Below are positions 11,615-23,340 of a stretch of 64,000 nt of DNA, in pieces. A program made the position numbers and the translations under genes. Within the stretch, counting starts at the first letter, position 1. Each line of letters starts with the position of its first letter. The stretch is from Oopsacas minuta (Eukaryota; Animalia; Porifera). The notes beneath the pieces were generated by a model. That model was not told the DNA's origin. It did not search any database and saw only the letters and a list, made by a program, of their open reading frames with translations. The DNA lies in NCBI GenBank assembly GCA_024704765.1, contig JAKMXF010000221.1, positions 635,763 to 699,762 on the forward strand, in the 5' to 3' direction.

Positions 11615-12447
11615 AGAATTTAAGGACGCTTCCAGATTAAGTATATTCCCTCTAAAAATACAAAAACAGAACAAAAATATTATTTAAAATTTACAAATAC
11701 ATTTTAGTGAGTAATTTGGTCTTAGAAGTGTTTCTAGCTTTGGAATTATTTGAATTTATACGAGGGGAATTCCAAAAGTTTTGTCGTTTATATATTTGCA
11801 TAATCGATATTACTTGTTGTATAGCCAAAGACAAAATAATACACTTTACTATCTGTCATTTGTCCCCTTAAATATGTTTATGGATGAAAGGATACGAAAA
11901 TTACAATAAAATAAACAGTAAACTGTCTAGAAATAAGAAATTACACAAAGATTAGCTTTGAAAATGTAAAATATCTTCGAGGCAATTACAGAGTGTTACA
12001 ATCTGCCATTAATATTTTGGGAAATGTTATAATCTAATTAAAATTTGTTTATGATATCAAATGAAAATTAATCATAATTTCACACCTTTTAAATTTATTA
12101 ATATATTGTCACCTGTTATCGTTTCGAGTTTTTACCAAACAATTATAACATATTTTAATGATTTTGGCGGGGAAAGCATTTCTAAAATTCTATAGAAATG
12201 ATTTCCTAATCTTTGAAAGCGAAAACGAGAATTATTAACAAATAATTACCTGAAAAAATCCTTTGCCTTCAGCTCCCCTCAAAGAATTGTCTTTATTGTT
12301 ATTTTTCGCAGATTCCATCGTTGAAATTGAGAGACGTAGAATAGATTGAGAATCCAAAGTAGATTTGATATTATCTGGGAAAGGTAGAAGGTTGCATAAC
12401 TCCGATAATTTCTGACGGAACTTATCGTGTCTTTTCACTTTAGACAT
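7377..12447 (-). CDS. Class I bHLH-PAS transcription factor (AHR/SIM/HIF-like), join(12250..12447,7377..10010), ~943 aa
   Basis: Exon 1 encodes the HLH (KRHDKFRQKLSELCNLLPFP...LDSQSILRLSIS, resembling AHR LLPFP...LDKLSVLRLSVS) and ends CAG|GTAATT in phase 0. The acceptor CTCTATAG|TCA at 10010 (phase 0) leads into PAS-A (SFLDLLGNFHIVLD), PAS-B (SALSFIHQD, GWVWLRS) and a Q-rich tail. Confidence 0.88.
7775..7910 (-). repeat. Coding 30-bp tandem repeat (ISPNTVSFQG, ~5 copies) in the bHLH-PAS C-terminus
   Basis: Period-30 GATACTGTAT anchors; the peptide repeat is visible in the ORF translation. Confidence 0.9.
8011..8241 (-). repeat. Coding 33-bp tandem repeat (AHTQAMTHIPT, 7 copies) in the bHLH-PAS C-terminus
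   Basis: TCATTGCT recurs every 33 bp; the peptide repeat is visible in the translation. Confidence 0.92.
8793..8849 (-). repeat. Pure (CAA)n polyglutamine tract, ~19 Q
   Basis: Uninterrupted (TTG)n on the plus strand. Confidence 0.95.
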
Positions 12448-13436
12448 TTACGGTGGAATAATTTCTTCGAATTTTCAGTTTCGACTTTTGAATGGTTTGT
12501 TTATGCAATTGTGTGTATTTATGAAGTTTATATACCTACTGTGAGGTTAGGTATTATTTAGGAATGTGCATAGACGCTACTAGCGCCTATATGGGCTGGA
12601 ACTTGTCCAGTTTCCACCCTGGAATCTTGTCCCAGCTCAGATGAACCAATTTCTCGCCGTACTAGAGACATAGGTACAAGCCACAAGTAGGAGGTAATTA
12701 TCACAGATAATTCGTCATCGTCACATTAAGTCATAATAGTATGATTATATCTGCAGAGAAAGCGTTCGATTATTCTGGTTCATTGATTGCAATTACAAAA
12801 TCAACATTGGAATCACCGCGATTTCTCCAAAATAGAGCTAGTCAATAACCTTTCCCATAACGTGAATTACTAATAATAGGTTTAGAAGACTTTATGGAAT
12901 ATTCGATAGGAATACTTAACTTTGTAACTATTTACAAATGGATAATCTGAATAATAATAATCGTTCTTGGAGAAGGGGAAGAGGTGGCCGAAGACGTGAT
13001 GAGCAAGCATTTCTACATGAAATGCTTAGAAATGTGAAAATATAATAACGGTAGTACACATTGTAATTACAATTTATAAACATCAACCATTCACACTTTA
13101 TTTCAATTTAGAGTGAAAATGGGAGCCGCCAGAGGGCTGAGAGGAGGCTGCAACAACAACAACAATAACAACAACAAACAATGTGATGTGTCTTTTTTTG
13201 CGTCTTTTGTTTAGTTTGTGTGTTGTAAATATCGTATGGAAATTAAATCGCGCCGAGTTCATCTCGAAGCGACGAGCCAAAGACTCAGATTATATTAAGT
13301 TTGAAGAATAAAATTAAATACAAAGTTTTAATAATAAACTATTTTCAAATATTTATTTTGAATAATTTTTAAATGTTCTTACCTTCTATCAAAGGAAATT
13401 TATCTTTAGGAAATTCCTTTGCTCCAAATAGCATTT

Positions 13437-13543
13437 ATTTACATCCCGGTATTCTCATATTTACATCCCGGTATTCTCATATTTACATCCCGGTATTCTC
13501 ATATTTACATCCCGGTATTCTCATATTTACATCCCGGTATTCT
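13437..13543 (+). repeat. 22-bp tandem repeat ATTTACATCCCGGTATTCTCAT x5
   Basis: ACATCCCGGT occurs at 13441, 13463, 13485, 13507 and 13529. Confidence 0.95.
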
Positions 13544-14624
13544 TATTTGTTTGTAAAGTTATACAAATTTTCAAGTAATCAAACACAAAAAGTAACAAGT
13601 CAGACCAAGGGTTACCGATTATTTTCTTGTAGATTACGTATTCGCATTATCAATAAGGTTGTTGGTGTTCACAATATGTTACCAGTGGATGGTCCCATTC
13701 TTATTGTATAGCAAAAAGCGTAACACAGCGAGGTGTCAAATTGTCTGGAATTTTACGCTTGAACAACCCCTTAGTGTTCTTAAAATTTGGAATTTGAAGA
13801 CCTGAAACCACAAATATTTATTCTTCAAATACCCTTGCGATATTTCATCATTCCAGGATTTTCAGTATTCGTATGCATTTTGTGATTAATGTTTATTTGT
13901 TTGCAAAACAAATAAAATCTTTATTTTTTCACTCTCAAGCATTTTAACCGTCTGCTTTTATTCATATTTCAGCTCCTTGACCTACCTTTTAGATCCCCGA
14001 TCTTACAATGCAAACAATTGCAAGTTGAATAGTTGACAACTTCGCATAGTATATCTTTCTGAATTTCATTTTCAATAATTTCTAGACCCGCTCAAAGGCG
14101 CCCACTTATACTTTTCTTGACACTAAGTGTATGGGGCACACCCATTCGGATGAATTTTACTTTTAGAAAAATTATAGTATAGTTATAACATTCTATAATT
14201 ACTGTATTTCTAATTCATTTGTATTATTTTATCAAATATCCACTGCATTATTAAATTCAGTATACGCATTGTTATTCAAGTTTATCAATAAACAGGGCTT
14301 GGCTGGTATTAACAATCACAAGTTTATAACTCATATCTTCTTGAACCATAATTATTAATTTTATCAAAATACCACAGATTACGTCATAGTCTCATTTCCA
14401 GAAGTGCAACCAAAATCTGGTCCCATTTTTGAAATCTACAGTGTCGATTTACTATATATGACAACATTTTAACATATATCTTCAGTGTAAGTACCTATTA
14501 CCCCATAATCGCCATTTGGCCACACTGTGAGCTACAAATGTCATATGAGTATGTTGTCTATGTACACACATGTGTAACTTGTGACTAAATTATGTTCTAT
14601 AGCTGTTACTGATTAGCCAATTAG

Positions 14625-17600
14625 ATGACGGGGTTGAGTGAGAGCTTCTGGAGTTCTCTGACTGAGGAGTCTGGTAACAGTATGCCAATTAGTTTGGAGG
14701 AAGAATTCTTATTGGTTGAGAAGAGCAACCATAAATGGGATGGAATGCTGGAGTTCATTCAACAACAACCTATTCAAGGTTATTTGCGATATATGCACAT
14801 GAGGGTGTCTAGCCCATAACTGTCTTCGCGGGATATCCTGCTTTACCGGATATTTTAGGTCTTATGTAGATGTTTACTTACACAAATAAATTTTCACCAT
14901 TTTTCATAAAATCAATATTTCAATTTTTACATATTTACCGTTGCTAGGAACTACAGAAGTATGTGAATCAGCTGATAACCAATCTCTGATAAGATTTCCT
15001 TCACAATCTATCTGGGATAAATCACGTGTAATTCTAACAACTGATTCTATTACTAACTTTATTAACGCTTCTTACATCACACTACCCAAAGTATGTTTAT
15101 TTCCAACAGGTGTTAGAGTTAGAGTAAATTGTATACATTTTCGAGATGTCGTTATTTATTTGAGGTTTACAAAAGGTGTGAAAATGTGATTAATCGAGAG
15201 GATTCACATCTCTTAATATTATTATCCTTCAAATTTATACTCAATAATTATCCTTACGACTAACCCTAAGTTTATTGACGTTCACATTTAGCCATAAATG
15301 GAACTATTCAAATATTGAAAATATTTCTTTTGACAAAAAATAGTGAAAAATTCATATTATTTGGATCTACAATTATAAATCCAGAGAAGTATTTAGAAAA
15401 GGTTCGTGGCCTGTGACCTTATTAACCTGAGTCTCCTGTGTATAGGTAGACCGCCGGTACATCCTCACAGAGTCTCCTCTTCTTAACACTATGACTAACT
15501 TCTGGTTAATGATATGGCAGAACCAAATAAATTCAATTATCATGATGAATATATTCAATGAAAAGACTGACTCACCGACCAATCAAATTCATGCTTATAT
15601 GCCTATTGGGGGTGAGAATGGAGATACAGATTCTAAGGAGTTTGGTGATTACGTCATAACTTATGATTCTAGAGAGGTTAGTTATTAACAGCTGCATTCC
15701 TTACTCATAGTTTTGTAACCAAGGAGAATTTGACTGAATGAGGGAGTTTGATTATTGTTTGTTGTTGTCTAGAGCTATCCTAGCTTTGATGTGACACTAC
15801 TACTGGTTACTGAGCAGAGCTCTGGATTGTCTCGTAATATTACTCACTATGCATTCCATTCTTGGACTATGGATACAGAGAATCCAACTCATTCTTCTAG
15901 GTATATATCTTAACCAATCAAATTAGATTCTCAGAGATAGTTGTAAAGAACTCATAACCAATAGAATATCAGTCTGTATATACTGGTAAACCCTCAAATC
16001 TGATAGGTCAAGTTCTTAACATTCCATTCATATAGGTGTGAAGATATGTTGGGATTTATATTCCAATTATACTCAAGAGGACTATTCATTAAATCTGACC
16101 ATTCAGTTCCCTCTCCTCCTGTTCTAGTACACTGTTCAGATGGTCTTGGTAGATCTGGCGCCTTAATTCTCCTGGAGTACTGTCTTCAAATTCTTATGCG
16201 TAACCATTCACTCAAAGATGTAAAGGTAATGCTATTTATACGTTTGTGTTGACCTATGAGAATTGAGGGTTATAGCCAGTATATATAGACCGATATTCTA
16301 TTGGTTTATTCACATTTTAACACCAATCTGATACTGTAAATTTATTTGTTAAGAGTTTACCACTTCAATCCGTCCCTGTAGATTATACTAACAGTTTTGT
16401 TAAATATACACACATTTGTTTAATAGAGCTTATCAATTTCTTCAATTTTAATTACAGGAGGATTCCCACTGAATCTAAATTTAGGATTTTCATCTGTCAA
16501 AATAGGAATTTGAGTTTTGATAATAACATTCTTTAAACTGCAGTTGTATCCAAGGAAATTATTTGTACCCTCTAGTCCCCTATATCCCCAGGTCGCTATG
16601 ACTCCCTTAGGGTGCTTGAGGTACCCTAGTGTCCTATGTGTTAGTTCCAAATAGTAACAAAACCATACACCAGCTATAGTCTTGTACCAATCCGTCTTGT
16701 CACCGTAATTAATATTTCTAGCAGCAAATGTATTGCCGAGATCTTTAATGTTAAATTTATTGCTATTTATAGTTTCTCTCGCCCAATCAGAAAACAGCCT
16801 CCAGACCAGAGGATTTGGGAATAAAGCTCGTGAATTGATTGGCTGAGACATCACGAGGTTGTCTTGGTATTGAGCTGATAGTTTCAAATAGGCTTTAGAA
16901 TTTGGCGGGAAAGTTAGTGGCGGTTCTAGGCTGACACCTCCTATATTTCCTTCTAACCAGCTGATTGATTCTTTGATTGAATCCATTGCTTTAGTTAATG
17001 CTATGTAGAAATATGTAGATAATGTGACGTCATCTTGAAAGAGTATAAATTGTGTAATACCCAACTTATCAACTTCTAACCATTGTTCTAATTGAGTCAA
17101 ATGTTTATGTGACAAGTGGATCAATTTATCTCCATGTACCCATTTAGAATTTGACACTACGTTAAGTGTTTGTAAATCAAATAATTGTGTCTTCCCTCTG
17201 TTCACAATTATAGCCAGGTTTAAGTGGCAGTTGTATGCCACATTGTTCAGCTGTGTGATTAATCTCTCTAAGGAATGTGGCTTATTTAGTGTCACAACTA
17301 CAAATGTCAAATCTGAATTATCAAAATATTCCCCTTTTCTTGTATTTTGAATGTTTCTTATAGCTGTGTTGTAACCTTCACTAAACTTAGTAACGAGATT
17401 GGTGGATAGGAATGTGTGTTTGACTTTATCATATATCATTATTTCTTTATCAGAATGTATAGTTTGGAATTCTGAACATAGAATTGAAGAGTGGCTAGTT
17501 TTGACACCAAAAATCTTTTCGTTCCAGTCTGTCTCACCTTGATCAGCGTATAATGCTAGAAATATACAAATTTATAAATACTAATTCAGAATTGTACAAC

Positions 17601-19240
17601 CCCTGTGCCACTTCATGCCACTTCATGCCACATTATTTCAATTCTATTTTGGCAAATTTTTTGAAGCCATAGCTCAGTCGAATCCAACCTAGTTACCATA
17701 ATAGGCTTCAGGCATTTCTGATTAATTTTACAAATTCAAATAATTCGAATAATCCAGAACTCTGATAACTTATTATGCATCAAACTGGAACTATAAATGG
17801 AACTAATAAACACATTCATAACTCACATGTTGAATATCCCAGCTGTTTAACTTGATGTACCAATGGGATTGTAGCTGTTGCATCCACCATCTGTATTTCA
17901 TTATGAAATGCAAAATCAACCATGAATGAATCAAAAAATCGCCGCGCAACCAGCATATCCGGAAAGCCCGCCCAATCGTAAGTATCCCGCGTAAAAATAG
18001 CGTAATCTTTCGCAAAAGGCTTATTCGTCTCTGAAATTTGTTTCAACTTTTTAATTTCAATTTCAGTTCCAATTCTATCGTTTGTTTTCACATTGAATCT
18101 GTGACCTATAATTAGAACTTTTGTTGACATTTCACCAGACTTTATAGCGTCAAATATTGTTGTTGTTGTTGATATAAGTGAGTTGTCATACAAATTGTCA
18201 GCATTTGCAAACATATAGAATGGTGTATCGTATGTATCCATAGCTCCGAGTGCCATATGCTTAATCAGAGGTGTTGAAAATGGATGTACAAGTTTTATTG
18301 GGAGTATACTTATATGTGAATATTCATTGTTTATTAGATTAACCCAATATGTACAATTTGTGTATATTACGTAATTTATTTGTGTTTTAGTGAAAGTTGT
18401 TGACTGTAAATAATTAACTTGAGCATTCCTTCTGTAATTGTCACCTTCATTTGTGCCATCTGCCACATCTGCAAAAGTGGTGAATTGTGTCACTAACTTT
18501 CCATTGTGTTTTTTGTTGTTGTTGTTGTTGTTGTTGTTTATTATTGATTTTATAGAATTTCCATGAATTGTGTTCTCTAAGAGTATTGTTTTGTCATTTG
18601 TTGTGTTGAGGTGTTTGATAATAAACATAAACAGAACAACAAATGATATCAAAATTATTATTTTTTTAGATTTTCTAACATTCCATCTTAACATTTCTAA
18701 TATGATTAATCTCTCTTTGAGTATATTCATATGTTATTTATACTAATTGAGTATGCATTCTTTATTAGTTCTAGTTTCATTTTGGTGGCTTTGTTGGTTA
18801 GTTTACTCTTTTGAATATTCTTCAATTATCATATTATCAGGATATTGGATCAGTGCCACTTCCATGCCACTTTCAACCACCTAAAATTGTGTCGATAAAT
18901 CTGGAATAGTAATATTATAATATTTGTAAATAATAGTGTGAAAATGTGTCCAAGACACTCAGCTTAATATGGTCACTTCTCCAGAAACAGAACCATGCAA
19001 TTAATTCAATGTATATAGATACCAGAACTAGTAATTGAACTAAGAGAACAGAGGAGAGGTGTCATAACCTCAGGAGATCAGCTGAGGACTATTTACATGT
19101 CTCTGATATCTGGAGCTAGTAAGCTATTAACTCCTAAAACAGCTGTAACTATTCTAACAGCTGGTGAGAGTATTAGAGAATCCGATGATGAGTCTGTTGA
19201 TCTGGAAAAACAGCAAATACAAGTATGTTTATATTATTAA
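14625..19240 (+). CDS. Single-domain classical PTP-fold protein, probable pseudophosphatase; exons 14625..14778, 14948..15090, 15446..15676, 15773..15900, 16036..16225, 19019..19222 (3' end uncertain)
   Basis: All six exons join in phase through GT-AG sites and give the PTP motifs in order: DKSRVIL, FINASY, YILTESP, NFWLMIW, HYAFHSWTM, VHCSDGLGRSG, LREQRRGVITSGDQL. Confidence 0.85.
16420..18730 (-). CDS. Type II membrane two-domain glycosyltransferase-like protein, join(17827..18730,16420..17555), 679 aa, nested antisense in PTP intron 5
   Basis: Donor ACAT|GTGAGT at 17826 and acceptor TTTCTAG|CA at 17556 are phase-matched (phase 1), and the 38 codons upstream of the second ORF are open. N-terminal TM (IIILISFVVLFMFII); domain 1 has YMFANADNLYD and LIIGHRFNV; domain 2 has FVVVTLNKPHSLERL, WVHGDK and FILFQDDVTLS (GT-A/GT2-like). 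Confidence 0.8.
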
Positions 19241-19694
19241 TCTCCAAGGTGTTAAAATATGATTAATCACTAATTATAGTGTAAAAATATGATTATTTCC
19301 AAAAGGTGTGGAAATATGATTAATTACCCACTACAACATGTCTTATTCTCTGTCGGTAAACATCTTAATTTTGGCGGGACATTCTTTTCCGGAAATGTTT
19401 GTATAAGCTAATTCCTGCCAAAATGCGCCGAAAAAGTAATTCTTCCGCTCAATATTCCCCGCCAAAAATCAGCTCCGTTATAATTATTAATTACAGATAA
19501 TGATTTAATTATCTTATTGTCTTGTTATTGTTTGTATTATTTACATTCAGCACTTGTGTAAATTGTTGTTTTCTTTGACATCAATTTATGATTCACTCGT
19601 GTTTGTATATAAATCTAATTATTTATTTCTATATTACCATAATTCAATAGCGCATATTACCAACAACTCAATCAATATACGATATACAAACAAA

Positions 19695-21249
19695 ATGCTG
19701 GCTACATTTTTGTTGTTATTGTTTTTCTCACCTCTGGGATTGTGTCATTTCAGTGATGTGTCAGGGCACAATGCTAACACCTTGAAGGTTGGAGATCCAT
19801 TTCGGTACAGGAGGGATCAAAATGAATCCACAGAGACCCCAACACCAGTAATGGTAGCAGACCATGTATACTATGAGAGCAATTTCTATACTGGAAATAA
19901 GTTCGATGAGTTATGGTTGGATATATCAGTTAATAATAATAGCTATCATTCACCCCTATCTACTGGATATTATTTGTATGATCCTATCGATCTGAAGTTC
20001 AATTTCCCCTTCTATGGGCACTATATTTATGTAAGTTATTACAAAAGGTAACCATAGTTACGGTAGGAATTTGAGTAACAATAGAAATATGTGGAATATT
20101 GATTCAGTTTAGTTTTGCCTAAGAAATTATAAGTAAAGATTGATATTGATTGGCTGAATTTGGCCAATAAAATGCAATACCCTGCTATACACTACACATA
20201 ATTAGCAAACCCTCTAATATGATTGGGTGATGATATTGTCACCTTTTCTCAGAGGTGTGTCAATATTTTATGATTCTAATAAGGTCTAAGACTGTTCTCG
20301 ACCATTGCGGGTCATTTAATACCGATTACTAGTTTCTATGAGCACTGCTTGATACCAAACGATCACTCTTAATTTTGTTTTATAATATTTATGGTTTACA
20401 TTCCTATAGAGCATTGCCATCACCACGCACGGATTCCTGAGTACAGCTGATCTCCTACATCCCAATATATACCTTACTCAATACATAGCTCCATTCTCAG
20501 CTGATTTCAATCCGTCTCTATCACAAAGTTCTAGGATACATTACTACTCATCAGCTGATCTATTTATTGCCCAATGGTCCAATGTATCTGTAGTGACAAA
20601 ACGGAGTGCAGGAGGGTTCACATTCCAGGTCCAATTACGTCCCAGCGGTCAGATAACATTCGTCTATAAAACAGTACCTCTCACAATCAGACAGGCGTCT
20701 AAAAGCTCATATGAGAGCTTCTACGGTCTAGCTGATGGGTTCATATTAAAAATAGAAGGAAACCTATATCTCTATAGTTACCATAATGTGTCACTACCGT
20801 TAGATAGGAATTTAACACATTCTGTGTATATATTAAAACCTTTAGAGAATTGTATCATTGCTGGTGACAGACAGGCTTGTAATGCAACTTCTTGTACGAC
20901 AGAATTTGAATGTGGTTGGTGTGACACATTACAGAGGTGTTCTGATGGTATTGATAGGAGGCGACAGGATTGGTACACCGCTGAGTGTAATCATGATGCG
21001 ACACTATATTGTGTCGCTCAACCAGAACAAGGAATTTCTACAGTTGTTATAGTTGCAATTATCCTACTTGTTCTCTTCCTGATTCTAACACCTATTAGTA
21101 TACCAATTGTTATAGTCATGGTATGGGGGATACATAGGTACAGGAAGGGGAGATTATCTTGGGCACCAGGTTATGTGTCAGCTGATGAGGAACTAGTGAC
21201 TCATAAATCCGATCAGGTGATCCTCAGGGAAGCAGAGGACGCGATCTAA
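19695..21249 (+). CDS. PLXDC: Plexin domain-containing protein (TEM7-like), join(19695..20030,20410..21249)
   Basis: Signal peptide; FNFPFYG, TQYIAPFSADFNP and FTFQ motifs; PSI domain (CGWCDTLQRCSDGIDRRRQDW); TM helix; exons join in phase 0. Confidence 0.9.
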
Positions 21250-21680
21250 CACCCCTCACCCCCCCCCCCCCCCTCCATTCTGAATTTTATCTACCCGAAC
21301 TATATTATTAGTTAATAATGTTTGTTTATTTGTTTCTATTTCCACTTTATGCGGGTTAGGTTCGTCCTCTGGGGGCAATTGGTGGAGCTAGTTATATAAT
21401 AATGTATTTAGGACGTAGAGTCTTCGGATGAAGATTTTGAATTAATACAACATCCTCGATACAGCTCATCAGATGTAGGAATAGGTAGGTGTTAACATTC
21501 ATATATTATCATGTATTATTGATATTAGTAGCAGCAATTTGTAGAGGAGAGGTTGGCCCAATTCACACCGTGAACGGTACCATATTGTCGAATTTACACT
21601 CCTTAGCAACCAAACATTCCATCACTAATATTATTTATTTATTGTTTACAGAAAACTCTAAATAAATAAATAAAATTTGT

Positions 21681-22655
21681 TTACTCTTCTTTGTTGTTGT
21701 TGTCTTCCTCTACAAGTATTCCTTTATACACATACACAAATATACACGATGAAATGCCTACCATCCAAAATGTACAGAATCCTAGCAACCATGCAGTCGT
21801 AAGGAATGTAGGCTTTACACTTTGTATCATTAGTTCTGGCCATCTGTTATCAATATCAGTTTTCATTAATCTCAGATGTAATGTCGTAACAGCTGTTGAG
21901 AACACATGCGCCCATTGGTGAGAACCCCCGATTATGTCGAAAGAGCCAGGCGACAATCTCTCTGGGAGCTTACTAGCGAAAACAAACACTAACAGGATTG
22001 AGAAAACAACAATAGCGAAGTGTGAATATAATTGTTTGTAAATAAACGTTTCTGATCCATCAGGGAAGAGATACAGGACATAAATAAGAGTGTTAGACCA
22101 GAGGAATGGTTGCATATACGCTAGACTCCTGATGATAAATCTGTACCTCCTCCAGTAGAACCGACTCAGACAGGTTATTGGTACCACGCTCATAGTCAAG
22201 AGGGCCCCCAGTCCTAGATACGTATACTCGAATTGGAATGTTGGTCTGTTTAGCGGTCTATAATAGTAGAAACTGGCTATAATCCCTCCCATCTCGTATA
22301 GTGCTATTCCTGAGTAGTCCATGAAAAAACAGAAATGTCTGAATTTGTAGGAAATTGCGTTGAATAAATGCGCGAAACTTGACAGGAAAGTATACAATAA
22401 ACTGCCAACCCAGTAACATACCAATGGGAGGTACCGTGTGTCTGTTATGTCTCTATATGAATCCCATAACCAATATGCCCATACCATAAATGGCACAAAA
22501 TGTGTCCAGAAATTCACCACTTCGTTGTTGTCACTTCTAAACATAGTTTTTACACATGAGACAGGACTTAGGCCTATTCGTCTGTACCCTGATAGAATAT
22601 AGGGCTCCCTCAACCAATGAGATACTGAGTTAGCTGACAGACCTCTCAGAGACAT
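21681..22655 (-). CDS. PAQR family 7TM protein (membrane progestin receptor-like)
   Basis: EPYILSGYR, NEVVNFWTH, SSFAHLF, MDYSGI, PERLSPGSFDIIGGSHQWAH motifs. Confidence 0.92.
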   Translation of the reverse strand: MSLRGLSANSVSHWLREPYILSGYRRIGLSPVSCVKTMFRSDNNEVVNFWTHFVPFMVWAYWLWDSYRDITDTRYLPLVCYWVGSLLYTFLSSFAHLFNAISYKFRHFCFFMDYSGIALYEMGGIIASFYYYRPLNRPTFQFEYTYLGLGALLTMSVVPITCLSRFYWRRYRFIIRSLAYMQPFLWSNTLIYVLYLFPDGSETFIYKQLYSHFAIVVFSILLVFVFASKLPERLSPGSFDIIGGSHQWAHVFSTAVTTLHLRLMKTDIDNRWPELMIQSVKPTFLTTAWLLGFCTFWMVGISSCIFVYVYKGILVEEDNNNKEE

Positions 22656-23340
22656 TGGTGCTAAAAATAGAAAGTTTTAACCAATAGAATTACTTGCTTG
22701 TAAATATTTTAACAAATCTAGCTTTTTATTGAAGCTTGTCAAATAGTTAGCTTCTCTATGGTTACGGTTAATACGAATGGAATGTGTGTTGCAACTAATT
22801 TATTTGTATTTATATTTTGTTTTCTGGAATACAGAAACAGTGTTTGCATTATTTGCATTTTGCTGTGTGCAAATTATGTAATTATTGATCTGTAAGTGTT
22901 ACTTGTTATCCTCTTTTCCCGCCTAGAATTTCATAATCCGCGCCTAAGTAACACAACTCTTACGTCTATCAAATTCCCTGCTCTAAGATGCCCCCGCGTT
23001 TTGTTAAAACTTTAAACTACACTAAATGGGCCTTAATTCGGAAGCTAGAAATTGAATTTACAGCTAATGCAATAATGACAGTAATGGATATGACCTCAAC
23101 AGTAATCAGTTACGTAAATAACATCTGTGCTTCGTATAAAATATATTAGAAATTATGCACCAAATTGAAACTAGTACTAACCACAACTGGCTAGATTAGT
23201 TGTACGCACTGATGCACGGAGTGCAGGACCTGTAGCCGTCATACTAAACAGCTATTATGGAAGTCATATAAGTGTTACTATTAATAGCTAATGTCCTCAT
23301 ATAAATACAGCAATCTTATTTGTTAAACAAAGAACGAAAA

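Noticed and set aside
13437-13543. CRISPR-like appearance of short repeats here and at 40191 and 63392
   Set aside because: The units are head-to-tail without unique spacers, the context is eukaryotic and there are no cas genes.
13373-13711. 112-aa ORF with an internal repeat
   Set aside because: It is produced by the 22-bp tandem repeat (not a multiple of 3) and has no domain signal.
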